Positions 17,244 through 27,071 of a stretch of DNA of 56,773 nt are shown here, piece after piece. The DNA lies in the IMG/VR virus record IMGVR_UViG_3300025128_000043, positions 1 through 56,773 of that record. One strand, written 5' to 3'. Source of the DNA: a virus. Its lineage: Duplodnaviria > Caudoviricetes. The position numbers were made by a program, and so were the translations under genes. Numbering within the stretch: the stretch's first letter is position 1; each line of letters begins with the position of its first letter. The notes under the pieces were generated by a model. That model was not told where the DNA came from and ran no database searches. It was given only the letters and a program-made list of their open reading frames with translations.

Positions 17244-19957
17244 GCTGGCATTGCTCCTCTTGGGTCGATTTCAGGTGGTTGCTCTGTCATCCCTGTTCGG
17301 GCTTGCCTGATATCAGCTAACATTCTGTCAAGCTCTCCGGCTCCCGCATCACTGCTACCGTTGCCTATTCCAGAAACCACATCGGCTGGGACAATATACT
17401 CGCCTGGCGAAACAGCTACCTGCTGTTGATCTCCAATCATCCCCATAATTTCATCGCTCATTCCGTCGCCCTGACCCTCAACCATGCCCTCTGTCTGGGC
17501 ATTAGGCACAACTGAGGTTAAAACCTGATCCCTGAATTGCTGGAAAATCTCTGGGCCAAACTGCTCAATAAAGGCTTGAATGATCGCGTCAGCCTCTTCT
17601 GGCGGAATCTGACCTAAAATAGCCATCGCTGTTTGTTCCAGAAGTTGTTGTGTTTCTGGATCAATATTAGCCATTGGGTCTTCCATTACAGGGTCTACAG
17701 AAGCTATACCTTCCTGCATTGGATCAGCCTGCATCATTGCAGGGTCTTCTAATGCGGGGTCTATAGGCATTTCAGGAACCTGCCCCATATCCTGCATTTT
17801 GACTAAACCGCCTTTGTTGAAAGGATTGATGCCCCTGAAATCCCTTAAATCAGCCATGAAATCATAAGGGCTGTCATAATCGCCTCGTCTTGGCCTGTCT
17901 GCCAATATGCGTTGTAATTTTTCATTACTAACTGGTGGCTGTTCTACTGGAGGTTGCATTACCGGAGGTAGTTGCGTTGCCGGAGGTGGCATTGGGGGAG
18001 TTATTACCGAGCTTCCTGTTGAACGCGGCCCGAAATCACCCACAGTCAAGATAGGCCCACGATCCACCCCTGATGTCAGTATTGGTTTTGGTTTATTTGG
18101 ATCAGAAACTTTTCCGACTCCAATATCATCAACTCTGTCAAAACCTATATCTACAGGAGGCGGCGGGGTAGAAACAACAGGAGAGGTTGCTTCAGAAGGC
18201 ATAACAGACTGGTCTATCCTTGCGGATGGCATTCTATTTCTAAACCATTCCTGTTGTGCCTGCTGATATTCTAAATGCCCCCCTTCATCAGAAGGCCCGA
18301 AATCACTACGCTTGGGATAATCTGAATAATCCAAGCCCTGAAGTGCAGCAATGCCTTCATTAGATGAACTAGAGTAGTCAAGCGTATTGTCGCTACTCAA
18401 GACTGGCATATCTGATAAATAATTCTGACCCATAGTCGGGACACCCGCTATTCCTGATCCAAGAGTGCCACCAAGAAATTGGGAATACGTTCCATCTGAC
18501 GAAGCATAGCCTGGCATATCATATAATGCAGCAGAGTCAGCAGTCCCTGCTCCTGCGCCAGAAGCCTCTGCTTCGGCTAATTCTTGAGCTAATTGCGCGT
18601 CTGTCGGAAGGACAGGTGCGTTAGGATTTCGAGGATCAAAGACTTCAGGAAAAGGATCATTACCAAATCTATCTGGAGTTCTGAAATACTCAAGCTCAGG
18701 GTCAAAACCCGCTCTGTACCCTGAAGCGGTTAATGCTTGCATTTGAGGCGCTGATATAGCTTGCGTTCCTCTGATTGCGCTTTGTGTTTCTGATGAGTTC
18801 GGCTGAATAAAATATCCTTGATATTCACCAAGACTAGGGAGCGCCCCCCCAATCTGCATCCTGACAGGTTCTCCCATCAGACGAGCAAGCCCATCTCTTT
18901 TATCCTGATAATCAGAAGGGTTAAGAGAAACCAAACCGCCACCAGCCAAACCTTGAGGAGCAAATCTGGGGTCTCTGGGCAAAATACCTCTTGATGGAAG
19001 GCCATAATCATAAATTCTTTGTTGTATTGCTCTTTGTGCCTCACCTTCGGTTCGCTCTAAATCTGACTTTCCCTCTGCATCAAGTTCTTCAGCCTGTCTT
19101 CTTAAAGCATCCTGTCTATCCATCTCCAACTGAGTAGAATAACCAAGCCCAGACATTAAAGCGCCTGGAAATATATCTTCTTTGAAATCTAACTCGCCTA
19201 TTCTGCTGTAATCGGGTTTGCCATCTCTGAAAAGACCACGACCAAACAAACCTTGCGGTTCATCAGGAACAACATTTGAGGCTATATTTGCACTGCCTAT
19301 ATCTAAATCTAAATTGGAAAATAAATTTGGATCAAATTCAAAACGAGGCGATGCAAGCCCAGGGGCGAGAGGTTCTATTAAATCTGCTGTTGCTGCGCCT
19401 GCATTTGTTGGAAGATTTAGGCCTATAATCTTATCTAATTTGGGATCTAACAATAAATCTGGAGCAAGTTCAATACGAGAGGAAATATCAACTGGGCTGC
19501 CTGCAGAGTCAAATAAATTCATATTTCTTGCTGCGCCTGTATCTGTTAGCATTTCCCCAAAATTCACAGCAGGGGATTCGCCAGTAAGAGCAGAAGGGTC
19601 AACACCCTCACCTACAGATGGAATTTTGTCCATTATCTTGCCTAAACCAAAGCTAGTAAGCCCCGAAAGAATCCCTTTTTTGAAATCCCCACCAGAAGCA
19701 ATGGTTGTTAAAGCTCCGCTTAATAACGCACTACCTGTTGCCCCTAATCCTAAAGCGCCACCAAGCAAAGGGGCAAGGAAAGGCAAAAATGCTTCCTGTT
19801 GTCCGGTAACAGGGTTAGTAGTTAACCTTCCAGTCGGAGACAAAGAAGCAATACCCTGAACCTCAATCGGATTCATGTGTACCAGCATGGAATCGCCATA
19901 ACGACCATGTTGCGCTAAGTTTTCAGCCATTCCCTGTAAAGGAGCTACATTATTCAT
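17240..19957 (-). CDS. Large Pro/acidic low-complexity virion-associated protein
   Basis: N-terminal GRYGDSMLVHMNP..TTNPVTG..EAF; C-terminal GDGMSD..SPGEYIVPADVVS. Confidence 0.7.
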   Translation of the reverse strand: MNNVAPLQGMAENLAQHGRYGDSMLVHMNPIEVQGIASLSPTGRLTTNPVTGQQEAFLPFLAPLLGGALGLGATGSALLSGALTTIASGGDFKKGILSGLTSFGLGKIMDKIPSVGEGVDPSALTGESPAVNFGEMLTDTGAARNMNLFDSAGSPVDISSRIELAPDLLLDPKLDKIIGLNLPTNAGAATADLIEPLAPGLASPRFEFDPNLFSNLDLDIGSANIASNVVPDEPQGLFGRGLFRDGKPDYSRIGELDFKEDIFPGALMSGLGYSTQLEMDRQDALRRQAEELDAEGKSDLERTEGEAQRAIQQRIYDYGLPSRGILPRDPRFAPQGLAGGGLVSLNPSDYQDKRDGLARLMGEPVRMQIGGALPSLGEYQGYFIQPNSSETQSAIRGTQAISAPQMQALTASGYRAGFDPELEYFRTPDRFGNDPFPEVFDPRNPNAPVLPTDAQLAQELAEAEASGAGAGTADSAALYDMPGYASSDGTYSQFLGGTLGSGIAGVPTMGQNYLSDMPVLSSDNTLDYSSSSNEGIAALQGLDYSDYPKRSDFGPSDEGGHLEYQQAQQEWFRNRMPSARIDQSVMPSEATSPVVSTPPPPVDIGFDRVDDIGVGKVSDPNKPKPILTSGVDRGPILTVGDFGPRSTGSSVITPPMPPPATQLPPVMQPPVEQPPVSNEKLQRILADRPRRGDYDSPYDFMADLRDFRGINPFNKGGLVKMQDMGQVPEMPIDPALEDPAMMQADPMQEGIASVDPVMEDPMANIDPETQQLLEQTAMAILGQIPPEEADAIIQAFIEQFGPEIFQQFRDQVLTSVVPNAQTEGMVEGQGDGMSDEIMGMIGDQQQVAVSPGEYIVPADVVSGIGNGSSDAGAGELDRMLADIRQARTGMTEQPPEIDPRGAMPA

Positions 19958-19966
19958 AATCTCATC

Positions 19967-20296
19967 CTACTTGGTTTCTACTCCAAATAAAGTAAATGTC
20001 ATATCTACTGCACTGGCATAGGTTTTAACAACGTCTTTCTGTCCCAAACAAATGCCAATAACCGCAGTAAATGTCGTGTTTGCTGCAACAGAGGTGTCAT
20101 AGTAAAGAAACTGCTTATCATCATCACCCGCTCCGGCAACATTGATGCGTAACCTGAAGGTGATGGCAGAACCTGTTCTATTGCAAGCCGCAAATGAACT
20201 AACAGTGGTCTGCGTAAGGTCTGGGACGGTATAGAGCGTTTCTTGCGTTGTAGCCGCACAATCCAACTGACCAAGTACCTTGATGATGTCACTCAC
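19967..20296 (-). CDS. Small beta-rich structural protein
   Basis: TLYTVP motif; in tail module. Confidence 0.65.
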   Translation of the reverse strand: MSDIIKVLGQLDCAATTQETLYTVPDLTQTTVSSFAACNRTGSAITFRLRINVAGAGDDDKQFLYYDTSVAANTTFTAVIGICLGQKDVVKTYASAVDMTFTLFGVETK

Positions 20297-20496
20297 GATC
20301 CCCCCGCACCCATTAACAGGAACTGAAATCTACGCATTGCCAAAGAACCATCCTTGTCTCCTTGGGTCTTTGCTAACACAACGTCATTCTTCACCTCTTG
20401 AAGCGATTGTTCAATAGTTAATCGCGTTGTTGCTTCATTGTTTTCCTCGTATTCTTGAGGGGCTGTCGGCAATGGAATAACTCTGCTTTGTGCCAT
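20293..20496 (-). CDS. Small tail-module protein
   Basis: LPTAPQEY; coupled to the upstream gene. Confidence 0.65.
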   Translation of the reverse strand: MAQSRVIPLPTAPQEYEENNEATTRLTIEQSLQEVKNDVVLAKTQGDKDGSLAMRRFQFLLMGAGGS

Positions 20497-22349
20497 TACC
20501 TTCTCCCATCCGGTCTCATGTCAAAACGCAAATCACCTAACCGCCAGCCATAACCACTCTCACTGCTCTCAATACGGAAAGCCGAGGAACGTGTTCTTGC
20601 CCTTAAAAATGCTTGTTTTGTTGAGGAAGTTACTGTTGATGTCGATAAAGTGGCGGAATCTTCCAGAGGGAAATCCTTTCCTTTGACAATGACGCTCATA
20701 GAGGCGTTTCCTGTATCTCCCTTAAATGTAAAGTCAGGAATCAACTTACTCAAAAGCATATAGCGTTCCCCATCGCCCATTTCTACATCCCCTGATTCAA
20801 TATAGGCGGTCATTGCTGACCCGTCATCGTCATGTCCACGCTCTTGGATGTAGAGATAGTTGTTGTCGGAACTGGTAATTACAGAAGTGGCAACTGGATA
20901 ATTTTTGCTGTTTGCCTCAATCCATGCGCCTCTCGTCATTGTACCAATAGTCCAAAGCTGTTCCAGATAGTTATAAGTCACATAATTAGTATTATCTGTT
21001 TCGCCAGAGCCTATGGGGTAAAACCATGTAACCTCATTATGGTCGGCATTAGTTGTAGCGAAAACCTTGTATGACTGATCTATGTTGATGTTAGACATTA
21101 CATGGTCAAGGACAGAGCAGGGGATTCTTTGCACTCCACCGTTATAAATATAAAAGCCACCACGATCCATGAAGTAAACGGACCCGCCTGCGTTTACCGC
21201 AGCTTTGGGAGAAATCATAGAAAGCCCTTCGTTAACAACACTAAACTGAAAAATAAACGGAGAACCGATAAATCGCATGGAATGAACGCCTGCATCAGTC
21301 CAGATTAGTATTTCTTGTCTTGTTTTTAGCGCCCCAATAATAGTAGAGCCTGTGCTGAGATTAACACCACCAGCCGTATTAATAGCTGTTGGAGTCCAAT
21401 CAGCCGCTGATTCTGAATCGCTCCACCTAACATGAAGCGGATCAATTGTTGAAGAACCAATCGGGTTAGCCCCAAAACAAATAACGTGCTTGTCCACATC
21501 GGACATCATTACCTGCAAAGCAATAGTAGGGGCATTAGAAGCACCTGAAACCGCAGATAGCGCAGTGGCTCTGGTCGAGGTTCCAGAACTTTCATCCCAA
21601 TAATAAACACCGCCAGCGCGTACATTGAAAACCAGATCATCGCCAAAGACATCCTGACTGTATAATCGTAACTGGCCTGCGGCAGATAAACTGCTGGCAC
21701 TACCAAAGGTGCTCGCGCCCCATGTATCAGAACCCCACCCGACACCCTGAACATAATTGGTCAGACCAATATTGATCTGATAAGCCCCAACTACGCTACT
21801 TCCGCCGTTGCCGCTATCTGAGCTATTAGCAGTAACAGTATCGCCAGAGGTGTCTTTTGCTGTGATTGTGTAAGAGTTAGTATTTACTACACTTGCAATC
21901 TGATATTCCTGATTCAAAACAGCAGCCGTAACATTTCCACCTAAACTGGCTGAATCTGAAAAGGTAACAAAATCATTAACTACCGCACCATGAGATGAGT
22001 CTGTTACTGTAATTGTCGATGAGCCATTGGTTGCTGCAAAGGTGACATCACCAGCACTCGTAGTGGCCCTTATAGGAGTTATGTCATGGAAAGAAGAACC
22101 TTCATTGACATAAAATTTAAGATGAGTTCCAACGCCAATGTAAGCAATGCCGTCTACAACTACCCAATCCTCTAAAGATCGGCATACTCCAAGAAAGGAA
22201 TTAGTGCTGTATTTTTCCCAGCCACCTATCTTTTCAGGTCTGCCCTTTCTGAATCGAACCTTGTCAGCGTCATACCAGCCAGCGTCAGCAGAGTACTCTG
22301 TACCTTCTTTGTTAATGCCTGGCTGAAACTGTAACTTCGTTAAGGGCAT
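20496..22349 (-). CDS. Tail tubular protein B / P22 gp10-like head-closure protein
   Basis: 617 aa beta-rich; PGINKE..VRFRKGRPEKIGGW, VRWSD, RFDMRPDGRR. Confidence 0.7.
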   Translation of the reverse strand: MPLTKLQFQPGINKEGTEYSADAGWYDADKVRFRKGRPEKIGGWEKYSTNSFLGVCRSLEDWVVVDGIAYIGVGTHLKFYVNEGSSFHDITPIRATTSAGDVTFAATNGSSTITVTDSSHGAVVNDFVTFSDSASLGGNVTAAVLNQEYQIASVVNTNSYTITAKDTSGDTVTANSSDSGNGGSSVVGAYQINIGLTNYVQGVGWGSDTWGASTFGSASSLSAAGQLRLYSQDVFGDDLVFNVRAGGVYYWDESSGTSTRATALSAVSGASNAPTIALQVMMSDVDKHVICFGANPIGSSTIDPLHVRWSDSESAADWTPTAINTAGGVNLSTGSTIIGALKTRQEILIWTDAGVHSMRFIGSPFIFQFSVVNEGLSMISPKAAVNAGGSVYFMDRGGFYIYNGGVQRIPCSVLDHVMSNINIDQSYKVFATTNADHNEVTWFYPIGSGETDNTNYVTYNYLEQLWTIGTMTRGAWIEANSKNYPVATSVITSSDNNYLYIQERGHDDDGSAMTAYIESGDVEMGDGERYMLLSKLIPDFTFKGDTGNASMSVIVKGKDFPLEDSATLSTSTVTSSTKQAFLRARTRSSAFRIESSESGYGWRLGDLRFDMRPDGRR

Positions 22350-22421
22350 TTTTACCTCTTAAAAGAGCTGATACTGTATTGAATTTGTCCCTGACCGCCT
22401 AGCCTACCACCTCTGCTCATG

Positions 22422-22844
22422 TCAATATTCTCCTGTTCTTATCATCTCTGTTAATGTTTTAGCTCTGTTTCCAACCTGTCCAGACCATCTGGAGTCCATA
22501 AACTGATCGGCTGCTTCGTTCCAATCCCCAGAAGCCATGCCTGCAAGCGCATTCTTAAAGGCTCTAAGGCGTGTTTGTCCTAAATTAAAGCTAATATCAA
22601 TTATTGCATCCTGCCGAACTCTATCAAGACCAGCAAACCAGTCATATTCAGAGTCCAATTCTGCATAAACACGGTCAATATCGTTCTGTAAAAGATAGTC
22701 TATCTCGTCCTCAGACAAGCCAATACCACCTTCAGGGTCTATATTGCGCCCAACCCCTACAGTGATTTTGGATGCACTGCATTCATAAGCATGGCTTTCC
22801 ACGCCCTCATGCAACTTCAGCATTTCAATCAACTTTTCTCGCAT
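22422..22844 (-). CDS. Lysozyme (GH24, T4-like); probable endolysin
   Basis: HEG..AY.C...ITVGVGRNI, FNLG, MDSRWSGQVGNRA; start placed at TAATG overlap. Confidence 0.88.
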   Translation of the reverse strand: MREKLIEMLKLHEGVESHAYECSASKITVGVGRNIDPEGGIGLSEDEIDYLLQNDIDRVYAELDSEYDWFAGLDRVRQDAIIDISFNLGQTRLRAFKNALAGMASGDWNEAADQFMDSRWSGQVGNRAKTLTEMIRTGEY

Positions 22845-23026
22845 TACTTTTCCTTCTTCACCCAAGCCTCATTTTCTTCTGTAGCAGGGTCATCAGCAAC
22901 ATAATGGCCTTTGCTGTTTCTAGCCCTAACGAGGTCTTCTTTGAGAATACTTTTAATCTCCTCTACAACCTCTTTATTGGCCTCATGGGGAGAAAAAAAA
23001 CTAATGATTTTTTTGAACAAATTCAT
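22844..23026 (-). CDS. Small hypothetical protein
   Basis: RARNSKGHYVADDPATEENEAW. Confidence 0.7.
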   Translation of the reverse strand: MNLFKKIISFFSPHEANKEVVEEIKSILKEDLVRARNSKGHYVADDPATEENEAWVKKEK

Positions 23027-23187
23027 TTTTGCTTTGCCTTGCCAATATTCAATGCCAGTAAATCAATCAGCTTATACAGCTTGCCAATCCAGACATCATC
23101 TTTGGGTGTAGGTGTTGAGGCTGCAATAAGACTTGCAACCGTAACAATCAGTGTAACTACAGTTATTATTTGAAAAATTATTTCCAT
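23023..23187 (-). CDS. 54-aa holin-like membrane protein (not in ORF track)
   Basis: Hand-translated MEIIFQIITVVTLIVTVASLIAASTPTPKDDVWIGKLYKLIDLLALNIGKAKQK; AGGAGG RBS; upstream of lysozyme. Confidence 0.65.
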   Translation of the reverse strand: MEIIFQIITVVTLIVTVASLIAASTPTPKDDVWIGKLYKLIDLLALNIGKAKQK

Positions 23188-23195
23188 ATTTCCTC

Positions 23196-23921
23196 CTAAT
23201 TGACAATCTGTCGTGCGACTGTATTTTCGTTAAAACGATCCATGTCCCATACATTCAAGTTAGCTGCAACTGTTCTTCTTTCGCCTGGCCCTTCAAAGGG
23301 ATAGACCATGTGCTGAAGCCAACTTGGAAACATATAAAGTTTTCCTACCTGCGGTTGCAGAGAAGTAGATTGAGGTGGACATAAACGCTCCACATCCATC
23401 AAAGAATTTTTTCCATATTGAAAACATAAGTACCCATCGCAAGCTCCACTGGCGTTGTAAAGGTTATAACTCGGTGTACCTGCTGTTGGTTGATCCAATA
23501 TTTGCTGCGGAACTTTTGTCCACGTTGTTACCGAAAGTCCCATTATCGTCTTGGTTCCATGATCGTGAATAGGGTTATAGTCCCTTTCAAAAGAATGAAC
23601 CGACCAAAGCTCATCGACCTCAACTTTTCTGGTTCCAGACAGCATATTTCCAGTCTGTTGACCAAAATGTTTAAGATACTCAATGCCAAGACCACAGATC
23701 AGATCAGAAAATTCCTTTAACTCAGGAACTTCGTGATTCATCGTCAACTGTTGCCCATGCTTAATCTGTCCTACCAGAGTGCCTGCATGGGAACGACGCT
23801 CCTCGCTCTCAAGCAATTCATCAAGATACTGATTTAGATTAACCACCATCTCGCCTGGCAAGTCTGTCTCCAGCATAAATGCTGCTGGTAATGTCCAGAT
23901 ATTGACGTTTATATTAGCCAT
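23196..23921 (-). CDS. 2OG-Fe(II) oxygenase family protein
   Basis: YNPIHDH, FPSWLQHMVYPF, ERRTVAAN. Confidence 0.8.
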   Translation of the reverse strand: MANINVNIWTLPAAFMLETDLPGEMVVNLNQYLDELLESEERRSHAGTLVGQIKHGQQLTMNHEVPELKEFSDLICGLGIEYLKHFGQQTGNMLSGTRKVEVDELWSVHSFERDYNPIHDHGTKTIMGLSVTTWTKVPQQILDQPTAGTPSYNLYNASGACDGYLCFQYGKNSLMDVERLCPPQSTSLQPQVGKLYMFPSWLQHMVYPFEGPGERRTVAANLNVWDMDRFNENTVARQIVN

Positions 23922-24253
23922 TAGCTAGGAATTGTGTAGGCTGTATCAGGAACAGGCTTAACTGGTGGATTAGTGATTACACTGTCTACCTGACTAGCGA
24001 ATATCGCATCCCACTTGGCTGTGGGAAAAATTCCTTCAAGCTCGCTCTTAGTCCAAGAGCCTTTAGCTTTCTTAGAAAACACTGTAGCACCAGAAAGAGA
24101 GTCTACGTTTTCTACTATAGTCGAAAAGGTACTCGTGTAATAAGTAGCATCGCCTTCGCTATCGTTCTCATACTTCATTTCCAAGTCCCACTTTTCAACC
24201 TTGCTCGATTTAACGTACGGAACAGCCTTAGTAAGCGTTTTCGTTACTGCCAT
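23921..24253 (-). CDS. Tail-fibre-associated hypothetical protein
   Basis: ORF immediately downstream of the fibre gene. Confidence 0.65.
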   Translation of the reverse strand: MAVTKTLTKAVPYVKSSKVEKWDLEMKYENDSEGDATYYTSTFSTIVENVDSLSGATVFSKKAKGSWTKSELEGIFPTAKWDAIFASQVDSVITNPPVKPVPDTAYTIPS

Positions 24254-24254
24254 C

Positions 24255-27071
24255 TTAATCTCCTTGACATTTACATTTAGGCTGCGCTTTCAATTCCTCT
24301 ATTTCCGCAGACAGTTCTTGAACCGCATTTACCAGATACCAAGTTATGTTCTCTGGATTAACACTCTTGGCTCCCGTACTTTCTTCTTTAACCACATCAG
24401 GCAAAACAGTTTCTATTTCTTGAGCAATAACTCCGACCTGAACACCTTGAGTGTCAATCGCTGCATGTTTAGGCAAATCAGTCACTTCCTCTGGCGTTCT
24501 GTACTCAAAGTTTCTGACTTGTATCTGATTGAGTTTGCTCAAACCTATTGAGTTGTCCGATATGTTTTTCTTGATTCGCTCATCAGAAGTCGTACTCCAA
24601 GCCGACTGATTGTTGCCATTGTAAGGAACCCCCTCAATAAAAGCGGTACTATCTCCTTTTGAGGTTAAATTTGTTCCAATTACGATCTGATTGGAAGCGT
24701 CTGAAGCAGAAACATCATTGTAAGCACCAATAAGCGTGTTATCACCTCCGGTTGTCAGGTTGACATCATGTGTTCCTGCCTGATACCCAATGAGGGTATT
24801 AGCACCTCCTGTCGTGACAGCATCACCTGCTAATGAACCCAAACAAACATTGTATTGTCCTGTGGTGTTGCTCAATAAAGCATAATATCCAACTGCGGTG
24901 TTATTGTCTGCCGTAGCAGCCCCTAAAGCCGCATAACCAATCGCCGTGTTTGCATCTGTTGTTGTATTTGCATCGAGGGCGGCTTGTCCTATGGCAATAT
25001 TCTTGCTGCCAGTAGTATTAGACCCTAGCGCATCCTGACCAAGCGCCACATTTCTCTCACCCTCTGTGTTCACATCCAGCGCGCCAGAACCTACAGCCGT
25101 ATTCCTAATTCCGGTCGTGTTTGCAGCCAGAGCATTGAATCCTACTGCCGTACCAAATGTTCCAGTGGTATTGGCAGTTAACGCATCGTGACCAACCGCA
25201 GTCAATCCGCTTACCGTAGTCGTAGTCTCTAAAGCCTTGATTCCTATGGCAACGTTGTTAGCCCCGGTGGTATTAGCAGCTAAAGCCCCCTTTCCCACCG
25301 CCGTGTTGTCACCGCCAGTGGTCGTTGCTTTTAAGGCATCTGATCCTATCCCCGTATTCTGAGATGATGTTGTAGCAGCACTCCCTGCGCTATCTCCCAC
25401 AAAAGTATTGTCAGAGCCAGTGGTTACAGCATCTCCAGCCTGAAAACCTACCGCAACATTATCAACTCCGGTAGTTGCGGCAGTTAATGCTTGATGTCCG
25501 ACTGCTACATTGCCAGCATCTGCACCAGCATTCAGGGTCGCAAGAGCAGAAACGCCCACCGCAACATTACTTCCGTTTCCATCCTCTGTTGATAAAGCCG
25601 CCGAACCCACCGCGACATTATTTGCCCCTGTTGTTAAAGCTCCGCCAGCACTATCTCCAATTAAAGTATTATCTGAGCCAGTGGTAACTGCGTCACCTGC
25701 TTGAAAGCCCACCGCTACATTATCAACTCCCGTGGTAGCGGCTGTTAGAGCTTGATATCCCACCGCCACGTTACCCGCATCAGCACCAGCGTTTAGGGTG
25801 GCTAATGCAGCCGATCCAACCGCTACATTTTGTCCGTTTCCGTCTTCTGTGGCTAATGCGCCTGAACCCACAACCGTATTGTCACCGCCCGTTGTTATGG
25901 CTCCACCAGCGTTATCTCCAATCAGCGTATTATCTGATCCGGTAGTCACCGCATCGCCTGCTGAATCTCCAACGGCTACGTTATCCGTTCCAGAAGTATT
26001 AGCCCCAAGAGCATCTGATCCAATTGCTATATTATTACTTGCTGTTGTCACAGCATCTAGCGCACCAGAGCCTATAGCAACATTATCGCTACCCGTTGTT
26101 ATAGCACCCCCAGCGTTATCACCAACCAAAGTGTTGTCTGAACCAGTTGTTACAGCGTCACCTGCCGCGTATCCGACTGCCGTATTGTCCGTGCCAGAAC
26201 TATTAGCCGTTAAAGCTAATGTTCCCACCGCAGTGTTGTCGGCTGCTGTAGTTGCTACTAATAAGGCTCCTGATCCAACAGCTACGTTATTACTTCCTGT
26301 TGTCAGAGCGCCACCGGAGTTATCGCCAATCAGGGTGTTGTCTGAACCTGTCGTTACAGCATCCCCGGCTGCGTCACCCACCGCCACGTTATCCGTACCG
26401 GAAGTATTAGCCGTAAGTGCCGAAGTACCAACTGCCACGTTATTGCTCGCAGTTGTCGCAACCAGCAGAGCGCCGGAACCAATGGCTACGTTCGATCCCC
26501 CCGTCGTAACGGCTCCTGCGGCGTTATCACCTACCGCAGTGTTGTCGGAACCCGAAGTCACCGCATCAAGCGCGGCCTCGCCTATGGCGACGTTATCCGT
26601 TCCCGTTGTTAGGGCCGTACCTAAGTTGCCAGAACCCAAGCCGACATTACCTGTACCGCCTGTTAAATCGAGTACATCAGTAACGGCGGCTCCTGCGCCT
26701 GCTCCATCAGTAACAACCATCTTAATTCCACCATTAGGAATTACGACATTAGCGCCTGTGCCTTGTGAAATAGTGACCTGATACCCAGCACTGTTTTGAA
26801 TAATCCAAGTTTTGCTGACCGTATTAGGAGCAAGAGTCACTGTGTTAGTCGCAGTAGTAGAGCCTGTCAGCGTCAAAGCGTAAGCCCTTGCAGCGTCACT
26901 TGATCCATCTGCCATAGTAATGGTATGACTTGTGCCAGTGATTGCTTCAGAACCGCTGCCCCATGCTTCAGCAATTAACTCAAGATTCGTGTTCGTGCTT
27001 GTGCCCCATGTCCCTGATTCGTCGCCAGTAGCGATTTCTTTCAGCCTGAGATCATTTACATAAGTTGCCAT
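24255..27071 (-). CDS. Tail fibre with 14-aa beta-helix repeats and C-terminal S74 intramolecular chaperone
   Basis: Dozens of TTGxDN(V/T)AVGxxA repeats; SDERIKKNI..GVIAQEIE..LVNAVQEL. Confidence 0.9.
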   Translation of the reverse strand: MATYVNDLRLKEIATGDESGTWGTSTNTNLELIAEAWGSGSEAITGTSHTITMADGSSDAARAYALTLTGSTTATNTVTLAPNTVSKTWIIQNSAGYQVTISQGTGANVVIPNGGIKMVVTDGAGAGAAVTDVLDLTGGTGNVGLGSGNLGTALTTGTDNVAIGEAALDAVTSGSDNTAVGDNAAGAVTTGGSNVAIGSGALLVATTASNNVAVGTSALTANTSGTDNVAVGDAAGDAVTTGSDNTLIGDNSGGALTTGSNNVAVGSGALLVATTAADNTAVGTLALTANSSGTDNTAVGYAAGDAVTTGSDNTLVGDNAGGAITTGSDNVAIGSGALDAVTTASNNIAIGSDALGANTSGTDNVAVGDSAGDAVTTGSDNTLIGDNAGGAITTGGDNTVVGSGALATEDGNGQNVAVGSAALATLNAGADAGNVAVGYQALTAATTGVDNVAVGFQAGDAVTTGSDNTLIGDSAGGALTTGANNVAVGSAALSTEDGNGSNVAVGVSALATLNAGADAGNVAVGHQALTAATTGVDNVAVGFQAGDAVTTGSDNTFVGDSAGSAATTSSQNTGIGSDALKATTTGGDNTAVGKGALAANTTGANNVAIGIKALETTTTVSGLTAVGHDALTANTTGTFGTAVGFNALAANTTGIRNTAVGSGALDVNTEGERNVALGQDALGSNTTGSKNIAIGQAALDANTTTDANTAIGYAALGAATADNNTAVGYYALLSNTTGQYNVCLGSLAGDAVTTGGANTLIGYQAGTHDVNLTTGGDNTLIGAYNDVSASDASNQIVIGTNLTSKGDSTAFIEGVPYNGNNQSAWSTTSDERIKKNISDNSIGLSKLNQIQVRNFEYRTPEEVTDLPKHAAIDTQGVQVGVIAQEIETVLPDVVKEESTGAKSVNPENITWYLVNAVQELSAEIEELKAQPKCKCQGD

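Noticed and set aside
25798-26781. 327-aa plus-strand ORF (also 19218-19859, 27388-27858, 34258-34944)
   Set aside because: Antisense shadows of repetitive or biased minus-strand genes
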